Origin: Eledone cirrhosa
Lineage: Eukaryota
NCBI GenBank assembly: GCA_964016885.1
Contig: CAXHJY010000133.1
Coordinates: 1 to 64,000 of the forward strand
Direction of reading: 5' to 3'
DNA length: 64,000 nt
Below are positions 15,403 to 28,560 of this stretch, one piece after another. The position numbers and the translations under genes are program-made. Position 1 is the stretch's first letter. Each line of letters opens with the position of its first letter. The notes under the pieces are model-generated. The model was not told the DNA's origin. It made no database searches and was given only the letters and a program-made list of their open reading frames with translations.

Positions 15403-16099
15403 AGAATGATATAGAAATGACTTCTACTGGACTAGAACTTTCATTTCAAGGAAATCGGGGCTTTCCTGATGATTTCCTTCGAATGAAATATTTCTAGTCC
15501 TGTAGAAGCTATTTCTATATTATATTTTGTATATACTCTACTAATGTATTGAGTACTTTACCCCCTCTATTGAACCCGAGACTCACTCACACACACATAA
15601 TATATATATATATATATATAATATCACCATTTAATGTCCATTTTTCTACGCTAGCATGGGTTAGACGAGTTGTCCTATTGTGGGCAATGCCAGGTCAGGT
15701 GACCATATCTTGCTTATACAGAACTGATCTTGGCTTCGCTTTAACAGCTGGAAGCCTTTCCAAACGCTAACCTCATTTACAGTGAGTACTGTTTATTTTG
15801 TATGTCGTGACCCCCACACCTTGGTCGGAGCAGTGATCGCTACTTTTCTTTCAAACTATTTTTTTTTTCTTAAATTTAATTAAAATAAATTTTATTAGAT
15901 TTAGTTTCGGATAATTCTGTTTACATAAATAGCAAATCTTTTGAAAATTTATGTAAAGTAAATATTGTATATACTTGTATATATGTCGAGAAATGTGACA
16001 AAATATTGATGGTAAAAGAGGGGGGAGGACTTGTCTTCGAGGTCAATATTTTGATTTCACCAACTTAAAAATTATATGTAAATGAGGTGCTAAAATATT

Positions 16100-16628
16100 T
16101 TCGCTTTGGAGATGAATGTTGCACCAGTTTCACTTTGGAGGTGAATATTACACCAGTTTCACTTTGGAATATTACACCAGTTTACACTTTGGAGGTGAAT
16201 ATTACACCAGTTTCACTTTGGAATATTACACCAGTTTCACTTTGGAGGTGAATATTACATCAGTTTCACTTTGGAGGTGAATATTACATCAGTTTCACTT
16301 TGGAGGTGAATATTACATCAGTTTCACTTTGGAATATTACACGAGTTTCACTTTGGACTATTACACCAGTTTCACTTTGTAGGTGAATATTGCACCAGTT
16401 TCACTTTGTAGGTGAATATTGCACCAGTTTTTCACTTTGGAGGTGAATATATTACATCAGTTTCACTTTGGAGGTGAATATATTACATCAGTTTCACTTT
16501 GGAGGTGAATATATTACACCAGTTTCACTTTGGAATATTAAAACCAGTTTCACTTTGGAGGTGAATATTGCACCAGTTTCACTTTGGTGGTGGATATATT
16601 ACACCAGTTTCACTTTGGAGGTGAAATT
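16100..16628. repeat. 29-bp (23-31 bp variants) minisatellite
   Basis: About 18-19 copies of tttcactttggaggtgaatattacaccag. Confidence 0.93.
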
Positions 16629-17280
16629 TATAGTTGCTATTATATTTGATGTTTTTATTGAATATGACCTTGAAAACAATCAGAAAATGGTAACTCATTA
16701 CATAAAGAAGTGAAATAAAAACTATACTCTAAATGACACTTAAAACATTTTAAATATCAAAATATTAAAACTTCATAAATATATTCTCTACTCATGAGAA
16801 TTTCAAAACTGTCATCTGTTGATTAGCCACCATGGCTTATAAATGGGGTTTGGATTCTGTCCTATTTCTCAAATAAAAAAGGGATCGGCTTATAATTGAG
16901 TATATATAGTAATTAGGGTAAGTTAATTTAGGGTCTTTTAAAGATTGTGTGACTCCTTTTTACTCCAGTCCACTCATTAACACACCACATTAAACACTCA
17001 CACATACACACAATTACACCACACCCTCACTACACACCACATACTCCACACATGTACTCACACACCATGTGCACACACCACGCCATACACATCACTCACC
17101 ACACACCACACATCACACATTATACTCAACACACTACACAACACGCTTTACATTCTACACACCACACCACACACATCACCACACTACACCGTCGGACGCC
17201 ATGCTTTGACGCATAGAATTACGCCCCTTTCCATTCTGAGTTCAAATCCAACCGAGGTTAACTGTGGCTCATGGGGTCGA

Positions 17281-18848
17281 TAAAATAAATTACCAGTAAT
17301 ACACTGGTTAATTGCTTGACTTGTGCCAAAAGTAGAAACAATTATATTAGTTTCTATATATTTTCTATCTTGTGGAGTTATCATGTCGAGTCATTCCTAT
17401 AATTGTAAAATCTAAGAGTACTGTAAAACTTTATTTGACATCACAAATGGGTAAGTCTTACATGTTTTTCTCTTTCTCATCTCTCTTCGTCTTTCTCTAG
17501 CACATTCTCTCTCTTGTTGCTCTCATATCTCTCTCTCTCTCTCTCTTGTTTCTCTCATCACCCTCTCTTGTTTCTCTCATCTCCCTCTCTCTTGTTTCTC
17601 ATTTCCCTCTCTCTTGTTTCTCTCATTTCCCTCTCTCTTGTTTCTCTCATCTCTCTCTTGTTTCTCTCATCTCTCTCATCTCTCTCTTGTTTCTCTCATC
17701 TCTCTCATCTCTCTCATCTCTCTCATCTCTCTCATCTCTCTCTTGTTTCTCTCACCTCTCCCTCTCTCTCACCCTCATCTCTCGTTTCTCTCACCTCTCT
17801 CTCTCTCCTTTCTCTCACCTCATCTCTCTCCCCTCTCACCTCTCTCTCTCGTTTCTCTCTCACCTCTCTCTCTCATCTCTCCTCTTTGTCTCATCTCTCT
17901 TGTTTCTCTCCTCTCTCTCTCTCTCTCTCACCTCTCTTGTTTCTCACCTCTCTCTCCCTCTCATCTCTCCTCTGTACCGATACTCCCAATCCACCGGTAA
18001 ATTAATTGTTTCTACTATTGGCACAAGGCCAGAAATTAACCAGTACATTACTGGTACTTTATTTTAGTAAAATAAATTACCAGTAATACACTGGTTAATT
18101 GCTTGACTTGTGCCAAAAGTAGAAACAATTATATTAGTTTCTATATATTTTCTATCTTGTGGAGTTATCATGTCGAGTCATTCCTATAATTGTAAAATCT
18201 AAGAGTACTGTAAAACTTTATTTGACATCACAAATGGGTAAGTCTTACATGTTTTTCTCTTTCTCATCTCTCTTCGTCTTTCTCTAGCACATTCTCTCTC
18301 TTGTTGCTCTCATATCTCTCTCTCTCTCTTGTTTCTCTCATCACCCTCTCTTGTTTCTCTCATCTCCCTCTCTCTTGTTTCTCATTTCCCTCTCTCTTGT
18401 TTCTCTCATCTCCCTCTCTCTTGTTTCTCTCATCTCTCTCTTGTTTCTCTCATCTCTCTCATCTCTCTCTTGTTTCTCTCATCTCTCTCATCTCTCTCAT
18501 CTCTCTCATCTCTCTCATCTCTCTCTTGTTTCTCTCACCTCTCCCTCTCTCACCCTCATCTCTCGTTTCTCTCACCTCTCTCTCTCTCCTTTCTCTCACC
18601 TCATCTCTCTCCCCTCTCACCTCTCTCTCTCGTTTCTCTCTCACCTCTCTCTCTCTCATCTCTCCTCTTTGTCTCATCTCTCTTGTTTCTCTCCTCTCTC
18701 TCTCTCTCTCTCACCTCTCTTGTTTCTCACCTCTCTCTCCCTCTCATCTCTCCTCTGTACCGATACTCCCAATCCACCGGTAAATTAATTGTTTCTACTA
18801 TTGGCACAAGGCCAGAAATTAACCAGTACATTACTGGTACTTTATTTT
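17281..18848 (+). repeat. Near-identical ~787-bp tandem duplication containing a CT-rich low-complexity block
   Basis: 17281-18067 matches 18068-18848. Both copies begin taaaataaattaccagtaatacactgg. Confidence 0.9.
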
Positions 18849-18955
18849 ATCGCCCCCCCCCCCCCCCCCCGTAAGGATGAAAGGCAAAGTTAAACTCGGT
18901 AGTTCTAAATTATAAAATTAAATCAAATTGTTTAGAACTACAAGTCAAGTCATTC

Positions 18956-18956
<1 letters not shown>

Positions 18957-19035
<79 letters not shown>
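18957..19035. repeat. (TG)n microsatellite
   Basis: Pure TG run of ~78 bp. Confidence 0.95.
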
Positions 19036-19036
<1 letters not shown>

Positions 19037-20984
19037 GGAAAGAGGTGAGTATTATAACTTTTATAAGAAATAGAAATCTAAAGACGAGTGAAAACTTTCA
19101 TCAACGAAATCGTAATGTACACCAACGAAAATATATGTCTACAGATTAGTAAAATAAATGAGAGGACACTTAACTTTACTTATTTAGTTTTATTTATATC
19201 GTGAAAAATGTTGATCTTCAGATATTAAATTGTGGATGTCTTTGTCTTTACGTGTTTGTTGGAAATCCTGTTTTAATGTTTGTCTTTTTTTTAAAATTAA
19301 TTTTAGATTATTCGTACCTCATCGCTGTGGTCTCTTTTGATGGAGTCTACCTGTGCTGTTTATTGGTTTTATTTTAAGTGATCCATTGAAACATCAGATA
19401 TTAAATGAAATGTTTATTCCAGGTATTTAGAGAGATGTCCCAATGTCAACAAAATAATACAATAAGGAAATGCCATCATCCAGTCGCCATTTACAGTAAA
19501 CAATGGTAAGAACAAACAAAAACAAGAGAACTATTCAGCAGTTAATGAAGTGATTACATAAAATAAATAAAAAAACATTACTTTACTGAATAAAATAAAT
19601 TTTTTTACTTTCATTAAATTGTTTCTTTACTTTCTTTTATGAAACACACTTATTAATAGAAATTAAGCACAGCATTCTAGGTACAAATCTTACTTGAATG
19701 TATATATAGAAATCACGTTTAACAATTTACGGGTACGACGTACTAAGCTGGAATGACGTATGACATTATTGCAGACGAAGTTGTTGTAGGTTCAAATCAA
19801 GCCTAGATTTACTTTATGAATTCCCTTCCGGTTTCTGTATTTTTCATTTAAAAAAAAACAATAAATATGCTAGAACTAGCAATCAAAGCAACGAATATAT
19901 ATGTATACACACATAAATAAATATTTATGTGTGTATATTTATATATTTCATCAAAACTCCAGAAAATTAAATCCCATGTCTATGGTTATAAGGTCCCCCT
20001 ATGTGTATATATATGTCGATGTCTATTTCCACATGGCATCTCTGGTCATCGATTATGTCACTGCCTGCTTTACGTAGCATCTGAACTATCTAATATTTAT
20101 TCAGAGAGCTTCTCCCTTCAAATCGCAAATATTCCACTCTGACACACTCTTGCATCATCAAGTAAAAGGGTTCTAACTAGGGGTTTTGTCTGATGTTGCT
20201 ATGTATGTTTGTAGGGATCCATAACTTGTGAGGGAGTCCTAGGGGCGCCACATTGACATTCGGGTGTCATCTAGGGCATTTATTAAAAGCTGACAGATGC
20301 CATCTCCTCTCCAGGTTTGAATACAACAGATTTCTTCCAGAGAAAGATAGAGAGTGACAGATAGACGGTGGAGAACCTGGTCTGGGTTCAATCTCGGGCA
20401 AGGTCTATAGACAGAGCTTATTACAAAACATTTCGTTTTTTATTTTACAAGAGGAAAAGAATCGACCCCAACACAAAACTGGTACATTTTATATCTACGT
20501 CAAATGATGCTATAGTGGAACATAAACTTTGATGTACCTATATAAGGCATACCCGCTCTGTATGTGTGTAAAGATGTGTGTCTATGTATGTGTATGTGAG
20601 GTGGCTTGCTCAGATTTCGTATGTGTATCTGTGAAAATTTTCACACGAGCAAGCACGAATCCTGATGTCTAGTCTATCGTTATAGTGTTGGTGTATAGTA
20701 TTTGTTTTTATTATATATGTATGTGTATTTACACATATGTGACGTGTAATATATATATATATATATGTGTACTTGTATGTATCTATATATTATATTTTTT
20801 GGAGACCTTTTTCAGACCTGCTACACCATACGATTCCTATGAATAACATCTTTTTTAAACTAAATCTAACTCTGCGATCGTCATATCAAAGACGAAATAC
20901 TTCAAATGTGGAAGATGAAGAACTGAAGAACTATGACATATAACTAGGAGGCTTGTTCCCAGAACATTTAGTAAGGTGTAAGCG

Positions 20985-21544
20985 TCTCTGGCAGGTTTTT
21001 TTTTTACAGCTGGATGCCCTTCCTAACACCAACCACATTTACAGTGTGTACTGTTGTGTCATCGACACAGTGGACGGGACGGGAGTGGGGTAGTGTGTGG
21101 CGGTGGGGTGTACATTGAGTTAAGAGGTGCCTACTGACTGTAGGTCTGTATGCAATGGTAGTCGGGTCTTCTGTACAACTGCATGGCGCCAAAGGTCTCG
21201 ATCCAGTGTCATTGTCTTAGAGAGGTGTAGGTGGGCAAGGTCAGTTTTTATCATCTCGTCCCAGGTTTTTCTTGGTCTACCCACTCCGTAGCTTCCATCA
21301 ATTTTCATTGCGCTGCACTTTTTTATATAGCTGTCGTCCTTCATACGCATCACATGTCCATACCAACGCAATCTCCTCTCCAGAACACAACATTTGATAC
21401 CTCTTATGCTTAGTTTCCCCTCTTAGTTCGTTTATGCTTCACCTTTCGCACACGTTTCTATTACACATCCATCGGAGCATGCAACCTTCATTTCTTTCTA
21501 ATCTTCGCAGGTCTTCAGAACACAATGCCCAAGTCTCACTACCG

Positions 21545-21545
<1 letters not shown>
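20985..21545 (-). mobile_element. RTE-clade LINE 3' fragment with 3' UTR
   Basis: Minus translation SETWALCSEDLRRLERNE...RLRWYGHVMRM...GVGRPRKTWDEMIKTDL. The UTR carries tggttggtgttaggaagggcatccagctgta, shared with SINE family 2. Confidence 0.85.
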
Positions 21546-21591
<46 letters not shown>

Positions 21592-22111
21592 TACGTGTGT
21601 GTTTAGGGATTGTAACGTCCAGTTGGGGTTATCATATACATATATATAATTTAATTTAATTTAATTTTGTAATCATTAATAAATAATAATCATATATAAT
21701 TATTTAAATTATTTTTAACCGATTTTTTTTTTTTTAGAGATCGTCCTGAAAATTTCATATAGCCTAGAGCCTCAGCGGGTAAACGTCAGGCCCTGTATAT
21801 AGCTATTTGCATTCCTCTCGTATACAGGTTAGATTTGATTCTACTGGAACACCAGACATTAAAAGACACACATTATATTAGTCGTTGCAGTTTCTTTTGA
21901 TACGACTTCCCGTGATATGACGATCGCATTTTGAAACTATAATTCTCCCAGAATTCATGTAGAAAACGATAAATTTTACAATTACATCCGTCTCACGTTA
22001 GAGGTGAAATTTACAGACCTGTCAACTCTCCCCTTCCGACGGGAACATCTCCCACCCACTTCGGGGTGAGTGAGATGTCTTCTTTTGTGAGATGTCTTCA
22101 TTATGTAAAAT

Positions 22112-22298
22112 GATGGCGGTGGATTGGCAGTATCGGTAGAGGGTCGGACGCCATGCTTTCCAGCATAGTTACGTCCCTTTACGATCTGAGTTCAAATCCC
22201 GCTGAGGTTGACTTTGCCTTTCATCCTTACGGGGTCGATAAAATAAAGTACCAGTAATGCACTGGGTTATTGCTGGCCATGTACCTAAAGTAGAAACA
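22112..22298 (+). mobile_element. Full-length tRNA-derived SINE family 1 with 12-bp TSD
   Basis: A-box-like tggcagtatcgg, B-box gagttcaaatccc, conserved core gcctttcatccttacggggtcgataaaat, tail gaaacaatt. TSD attatgtaaaat at 22100-22111 and 22299-22310. Confidence 0.9.
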
Positions 22299-22899
22299 AT
22301 TATGTAAAATCTCCCCATTTTGCCTCATTTCTCTCCGATTTGGGCACCTTTTTCATGCTAAACCGTTTAGGTTTTTAGAGGTTGGCAGGTCGGGATTTAT
22401 GTTTTTTTTTATGATTTGTACAGTTACACCCATTTTTTGTTATAGGTGAAATTTACAGGGTGGGGGAGATCTATGGTAATTTTTTTATAATTACATCCGT
22501 CTAACGTTAGAGGTGAATATAATTTTTTTCTCTTTTTTCTGGTAAAATTTTATAACCAAAGGGGTTGTTATAACATTCATGAGGTCAGTTGGTCACGCTT
22601 GGGGATCTAGCTGGATCAATAAGTGGGCGAGGAAGAAGAAAGGTTTTACAATTACACTGGTCTCACTTTAGTACTGACATTTATGGGTGGGGGTGGGGGA
22701 GTCTGGCAAATGTTTACAATCATAGCCAATTGGCAAGAGACACAGGGGTAGACTTCAAAACAAGATGGTTGGATAACATCCATGAGCTTAGCTGGTCATG
22801 CTTGGGGATCCAGCCGGATCAGTTGCTTCTGACAGGGCCCACTCGAAGCATAAGGAAAGTATATACTTTCAGACGTTCAATCATCTGGTAGGAAGGTAT

Positions 22900-22942
22900 A
22901 CATTGCTGACGATAGCTAATAAGCTTGAAACTAGTACAGCGT
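22900..22942 (+). ncRNA. Minimal type-I hammerhead ribozyme motif (family B1, copy 1)
   Basis: acattg-CTGACGA-tAGCTaataAGCTt-GAAA-ctag-TA-cagcgt. Confidence 0.7.
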
Positions 22943-23334
22943 TCCTTTGTCAGTGTTGAACAAACGAGCAACGATGGTTGCTGGACACTACGGCTTAATA
23001 TGGGATGTTTGTTTACAAACACACCGAGCATTATAATAAATGTTCGGTGAATCCATACGTACATATACATATGTGTGTATGTATGTATATATATATATAC
23101 ATACTACTGTACGTCTGTATACATATATGTATGTACGTATACATACTTATATTTAAGTAACAGCCGTACTAAGAGTGAGAAATGAAATTTCGTTTCATTT
23201 TTTCCGTTTATCGTTTTCGGTACCCCGGCCGATTAACTCACCCGATATGCAAATTAGGCTGCTCAGCCGTTAATATGCATATGCATAAGGAAAGTATATA
23301 CTTTCAGACGTTCAATCATCTGGCAGGAAGGTAT

Positions 23335-23377
23335 ACGTTGCTGACGATAGCTAATAAGCTTGAAACTAGTACAGCGT
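23335..23377 (+). ncRNA. Minimal type-I hammerhead ribozyme motif (family B1, copy 2)
   Basis: Stem I ACGTTG/CAGCGT, core CUGACGA, stem II AGCT/AGCT, GAAA, palindromic stem III ACTAGT, GUA cleavage triplet. Confidence 0.8.
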
Positions 23378-23714
23378 TCCTTTGTCAGTTGACAAACCCA
23401 ACGACTCTCTCGGGAATAAGTGGGCAAAGAAGAAAGTTTTTTATAATTACACTGGTCTCGCTTTAGAAGTGAAATTTATGGGTGGGGGGTGGGGGAGTTT
23501 CTGGTAAAATTTTACAATCATATCCATAGATCTCCCATTTGAGAACTCCGTGGGTGAATGTCCTGCACTCCCATCCAATTAACAAAAACAGAAAAATAAT
23601 AATTTCCGGTGAATTTGAATGTCAGATTCATTAAAAACACATCAAACACCATATGAAAAAAACATATTTCATGGTTTAAAGCCAAACAGGTGTAATTATA
23701 ATGGATTCTGATTT

Positions 23715-24320
23715 AGATACAAGTCCAACAATTTGGTGCGGAAGGGAAAGTCAATTAAATCGACCTCAGTACATTACTGGTACTTTATTTTATCAACCCC
23801 GTAAGGATGAAAGGCAAAGTTAACCTCGGCGGGATTTGAACTGAGAACGTAAACAGCCATGACTCTATGCCACTCAGCATATTGTCCAATGCTCTACCAA
23901 TGTTGCCAATCCACCACCCTAATAATAATTGTTTCTACTTTTGGCACAAGGCCAGCAATTACCCCAGTACATTACTGGTACTTGATTTTATCGACCCCCC
24001 TGTAAGGATGAAAGGCAAAGTTAACCTCGACGGGATTTGAACTCAGAATGTAAAGGGACGTAACTATGCTGGAAAGCATGGCATCCAACCCTCCACCGAT
24101 ACCGCCAATTCACCGCCCTTTGTTTTTACTTTAGTCACAAGGCCAACAATTTTTTGGGGAAGGGGAACGTTGATTAAATCAACCCTAGTGCATTACTGGT
24201 ACTTCATTTTATCGACCCCGTAAGAAACCTCGGCAGGATTTGAACTGTCAATGTAAAGAGCCATGACTCTATACCACTAAGCATATTGTCCGACACTCTC
24301 CCGATTCTGCCAATCCACTC
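23715..24320 (-). mobile_element. Three tandem SINE family 1 copies
   Basis: Consecutive reverse-complement copies at ~23715-23920, 23925-24118 and 24120-24320. Confidence 0.85.
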
Positions 24321-24566
24321 TAATGAAAACTGTAATGGTGCCCTCACTCTAGTTAATTAAAAAGACTAACATTCCATTGGTGAATGAATGGGGCTGGTGG
24401 CATCAAAGATTGAGAAGAGAATGGCCAGTCTTGAGTTCTTCATTTTGTTTCTAGATCCAATTCTCACTGGTATCTCTAAAAATAAAACATTTAAATAAAA
24501 AAATAAAAACAATAAAATGAAGATATATATATATATACACACACACATATATAAATATATATATAT

Positions 24567-24915
24567 GGAGGCACATGGCTTAGTGGTTAGAGCATTGGCC
24601 TTGCAATCGAAAGGTTGTGAGTTCAATTCTCAGACCGGGTGATGTGTTGTTTCCTTGAGCAAGACACTTTATTTCACATTGCTCCAGTTTACTCAGCTGT
24701 AGAAATGAGATGATAGGGACTGGGGTCCATATCATTTCACTGCAAAGTGGTCGTGGAGGCGCCACGGAAAAAAAAAAGCACCCAGCACTCACTGTAAATG
24801 AGGTTGGTGTTAGGAAGAGCATCCAGCTGTAGAAATCAAGCCAGAATCAGTTCCCGTCCCACCCTTGGAAGCAGGGGAAAAGCGGACGTAAAATGGAATG
24901 ATGAAATGAATGATG
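24567..24915 (+). mobile_element. tRNA-derived SINE family 2 (RTE-like tail)
   Basis: A-box tggcttagtgg, B-box gagttcaattc, central tccttgagcaagacactttatttcacattgctccag, 3' part shared with the RTE UTR, (ATG/AATG)n tail. Copies at 44267-44602 (+), 47769-48117 (+) and 48722-49050 (-). Confidence 0.88.
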
Positions 24916-24974
24916 ATATATATATATACACAGTAAAATAAACAAAACAAACAACATTGTAAGCAGTTTTGACT

Positions 24975-25470
24975 CTTTATATTTTATATATATATTTATA
25001 TTCATATATATATATACATATATATATATATTTATTTATGTATGTATATATATATATACATACATATATATTTATATCTGTACAGACTTATTCACTTATA
25101 TCTATATCTGTACACATGTATATCTATATCGGTACGTATACATCTATATCTGTACATATATATATATTTATACACACACATATGTATATATATATGTGCA
25201 TATATACATATTATATATATATATACATTCACACACATATATATACATGTGTATATATGTATATATATATATATACATTCACACACATATATATACATGT
25301 GTATGTATATATATATATACATACATTCACACACATATATAAACATATATATACATGAGTATATATATATATATATATATATATACATTCACACACATAT
25401 ATAAACATATATATACATGTGTGTATATATATATATATATATACATGTATATATAAGTATATATATGTAG
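24975..25470. repeat. (TA)/(CA) compound microsatellite
   Basis: Low-complexity TA/CA tract. Confidence 0.9.
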
Positions 25471-25995
25471 GTGTGAGATGTTAACAGTTTCATTCACTCG
25501 AGGTTGATTTAGGAAACTATAAAAAAAGAAATATCTATGAGAGAGAACCTAGTGAAGTGACACACAGACAGACACCAAATTTGGTCTTATTTATCACTCC
25601 TTCTGCTCCTCCACATCATCATCATTACCATGTCATCATCATCACCATGATCAACATCAAATTTGGTCTTTTTTTTTTTATATACCTTCTCTCTCTTTTC
25701 CTTCCTCCTTCTCCTCACCATCATCAAGATTATGATCATCATCAACATCAATACCCTCATGATGATCATCATCATAAACATCAACATCATCATTCAATCC
25801 AAATTACTTTTATTTAAATATTCAGTTATCTTTTCTTTGTTTTTTTTTTCATTTATTTTTAATTTTTTTCAGGGAGGGTGGGGGGTCATTTCCTCATTTT
25901 CTTTCTTTTTCACCATTATTTCATTATAGTTTATTATTCATCATTTTTCTTCTTTCTCTCTCATTTTTTCTCACAGGAAAAGCCATCTGGCTATG

Positions 25996-26027
<32 letters not shown>

Positions 26028-26231
26028 CAGCTATATATGTATATAATTATATATAGCAACAGCAGAAATGTGCACAGAGAAAAACAACAGCTGCATGTCT
26101 ACCTTTTCAACCACCTTCTGGCATGCAATTTCATGCATTACGGTGTATATATATACATATGTTTGTGTGTGTGTGCATGTGTACAGTTACATATATGTAT
26201 ATATATACATTTATAATATTTATATGAATAC

Positions 26232-26262
<31 letters not shown>

Positions 26263-26357
26263 CGCGCGCCTGTGTGTGTGTGTGTGTGCGCCTGTGTGTG
26301 TTTGTGTTTGAAACAGCAAAGATTTTTGTCTTTGGAACCAGATAAAAATATATAGAT

Positions 26358-26550
26358 AATTGTTTCTACTTTTGGCACAAGGTCAGCAATTATCCCCAGT
26401 GTATTACTGGTACTTTATTTTATCGACCCCGTAAGGATGAAAGGCAAAGTTAACCTCGGCGGGATTTGAACTCAGACTATAAAGGGCCGTAACTCTTTGC
26501 TGCAAAGCATGGCGCCCAACCCTCTACCGATACTGCCAATCCACTGCCCT
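26358..26550 (-). mobile_element. SINE family 1
   Basis: Reverse complement of the family 1 consensus. Confidence 0.87.
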
Positions 26551-27483
26551 ATATATAAATAATAATGAAAAAACCGCCTCTTCCCTCAATATACCATACT
26601 GCTACCCCTCACTCCCTAGCATCAAACCATATTATACCACACCACAGTCTGTAAATGAGGTGGGGTAAGGACCACATTAAATTATTTAGTCTGAGCTTTA
26701 ACCCCTTTGTTATGAACATAGGCCCTACTCATTTGGTAGCGGTGTGTGTGTGTAAGGGGCAGATATGGGAGGGGAGAATAGATGGTGCCCTTTGTTAAAA
26801 TAGGCCCTACACATTTGGTAATGGTGGTGGTGGAGCAGAGATAGAGGATAGGAGATTACGTGCGACCCTTTGTTAAAAGATAGGTACCACACATTTAGTG
26901 GTGGAGATAGATGGGGTAGGGCACAAATAAAAGAGGGGAGACCAGGTGGAGGTAGAGCGAAAGATAATTGGAACAGCTGTCTAATTGGACTCTGAGTATG
27001 TTGTTGATGATGTACCTTTGGTCATTCCTAATGTCCAGTAGTTTTTCCAGTGGATTTGAACAGCCAGCTTCTGAACTTAATTAAACATGCAAACCTTAAA
27101 CACAATTTCAGGGAGATTCAGTATGAAGTACAACTTACTTGCAATCTTTTTGCTAATGGAGTGGACTGGAGCAATGTGAAATAAAGTGTCTTGCTCAAGG
27201 ACATAATGAGATCTCTGGAATAAAACTCACAACTTTTAAATTGTATGTTTATATATATATATATAAACAAATAGTAAAAAGGAAATAATACAGTATAAAA
27301 TGCTAGAGGGATTTTTTCAGCATTTGGTGGGTATTTCCGCATTAAATGCGGAAATACCCACTTTATAGATAAATGTTTTGATATTATACTGAAAAATTCC
27401 CTCCAGCATTTTCTACTGTATTTTTTTCCCTTTTACTATTTGTTTATATATATATCAACTTGTGTGTCACTTTTCTACATTCC

Positions 27484-27516
<33 letters not shown>

Positions 27517-28005
27517 TATATAAATATATATACACACATACATATATATAGAGAGAGAGTGTTGTGTGTGTGTAAGAAGGATAGATAGTTATATACAAAT
27601 ATATATACATAAACTTACCCCATTCCCTGAACACTGGGGTGAGCTTAGGGTAACAGACACGACAACAACAGGTGGAGGCAAGAACAAAGCAATAGGCTAA
27701 CATTTGATTGAAGAGCAAATATTATAGGGGAGATAACTAGGAAGGATAACTGAGAGAGAGTGAGCAACAGTTAAAAGGGGCATAACTGAGAGAAAGAGAG
27801 CAAGTGTGGAATAACAATACAGCAGTAACAAGATAGAGTGAATTGGGAAGGAAAAGATCTTGTCCACCCTCCCCCAGCTTGGGTTTCGAGTGGGGTGAAG
27901 GTACGAAGAGACCTTAATGGAGGTTTAGGGGTGTAGAGATTTAGGGATAAAGCACCATAGGATCAATAAAGGGGGAATTCAGAACAGCAACAATAATAGA
28001 GATAT

Positions 28006-28560
28006 ATAAGGGTTGGCTAAGAAGTTCATAGGCTGACCAAGATACTCTCATGGAATGACCAAATGAGGTTCATTTTTCAACACACACGCACACACATATA
28101 TATATTTATACACGAGGGTCGGCTGACCAAATGAGGCTTATTTTCCAACTCATACAGACACACACACATATATACACACGAGTGTTGGCTAAAAGATTCA
28201 TAGGCTGACCAAGATACCCTCATGGAATGATCAAAGGAGGTTTATTTTTCAACATTCACGCACACATATATACAGGGCGTCTCTCAAAAATATATACACA
28301 CTTTGATGAGAATACTGTTGAGTCTGTGTACATTTTTTGGGGACACCCTGTATATACACAAGGGTCAGCTGAAAGGTTCATAGGCTGACCAAGATACTCT
28401 CATGGAATGACCAAATGAGGTTCATTTTTCAACATAGTCCCTGGAAAGAAACAATGTAGTTATTAATGAGAAGAGTTGACATTAACGCATGTAAGATTTC
28501 ACAGCTCTAGCACCACTCCTTCAGAGTCAGCCTAATAACTTTTCAGCTTACCCTCATATA
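28006..28560. mobile_element. Mariner-derived MITE with tandemly reiterated terminus
   Basis: Repeated cgagggtcggctgaaaagttcataggctgaccaagatactctcatggaatgaccaaatgagg...ttttcaacatagtccc. The minus strand encodes a GDYVEK-like mariner C-terminus. A similar cluster lies at 41429-41882. Confidence 0.7.
28273..28350. mobile_element. Short Tc1/mariner-type MITE
   Basis: TA-cagggcgtctctcaaaaa...ttttttggggacaccctg-TA. Relatives at 47367-47464 and a half copy at ~14590-14630. Confidence 0.7.

Noticed and set aside
16100-16628. CRISPR-like array of ~29-bp repeats
   Set aside because: The units are contiguous with no unique spacers, there are no cas genes, and the context is eukaryotic.
17514-18874. 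Leu/Ser-rich ORFs (also 42444-43971)
   Set aside because: These are translations of (CT)n/(GA)n low-complexity DNA open in several frames.
24567-24640. Functional tRNA gene
   Set aside because: The acceptor and anticodon stems do not pair, and the sequence continues into a multi-copy SINE body.
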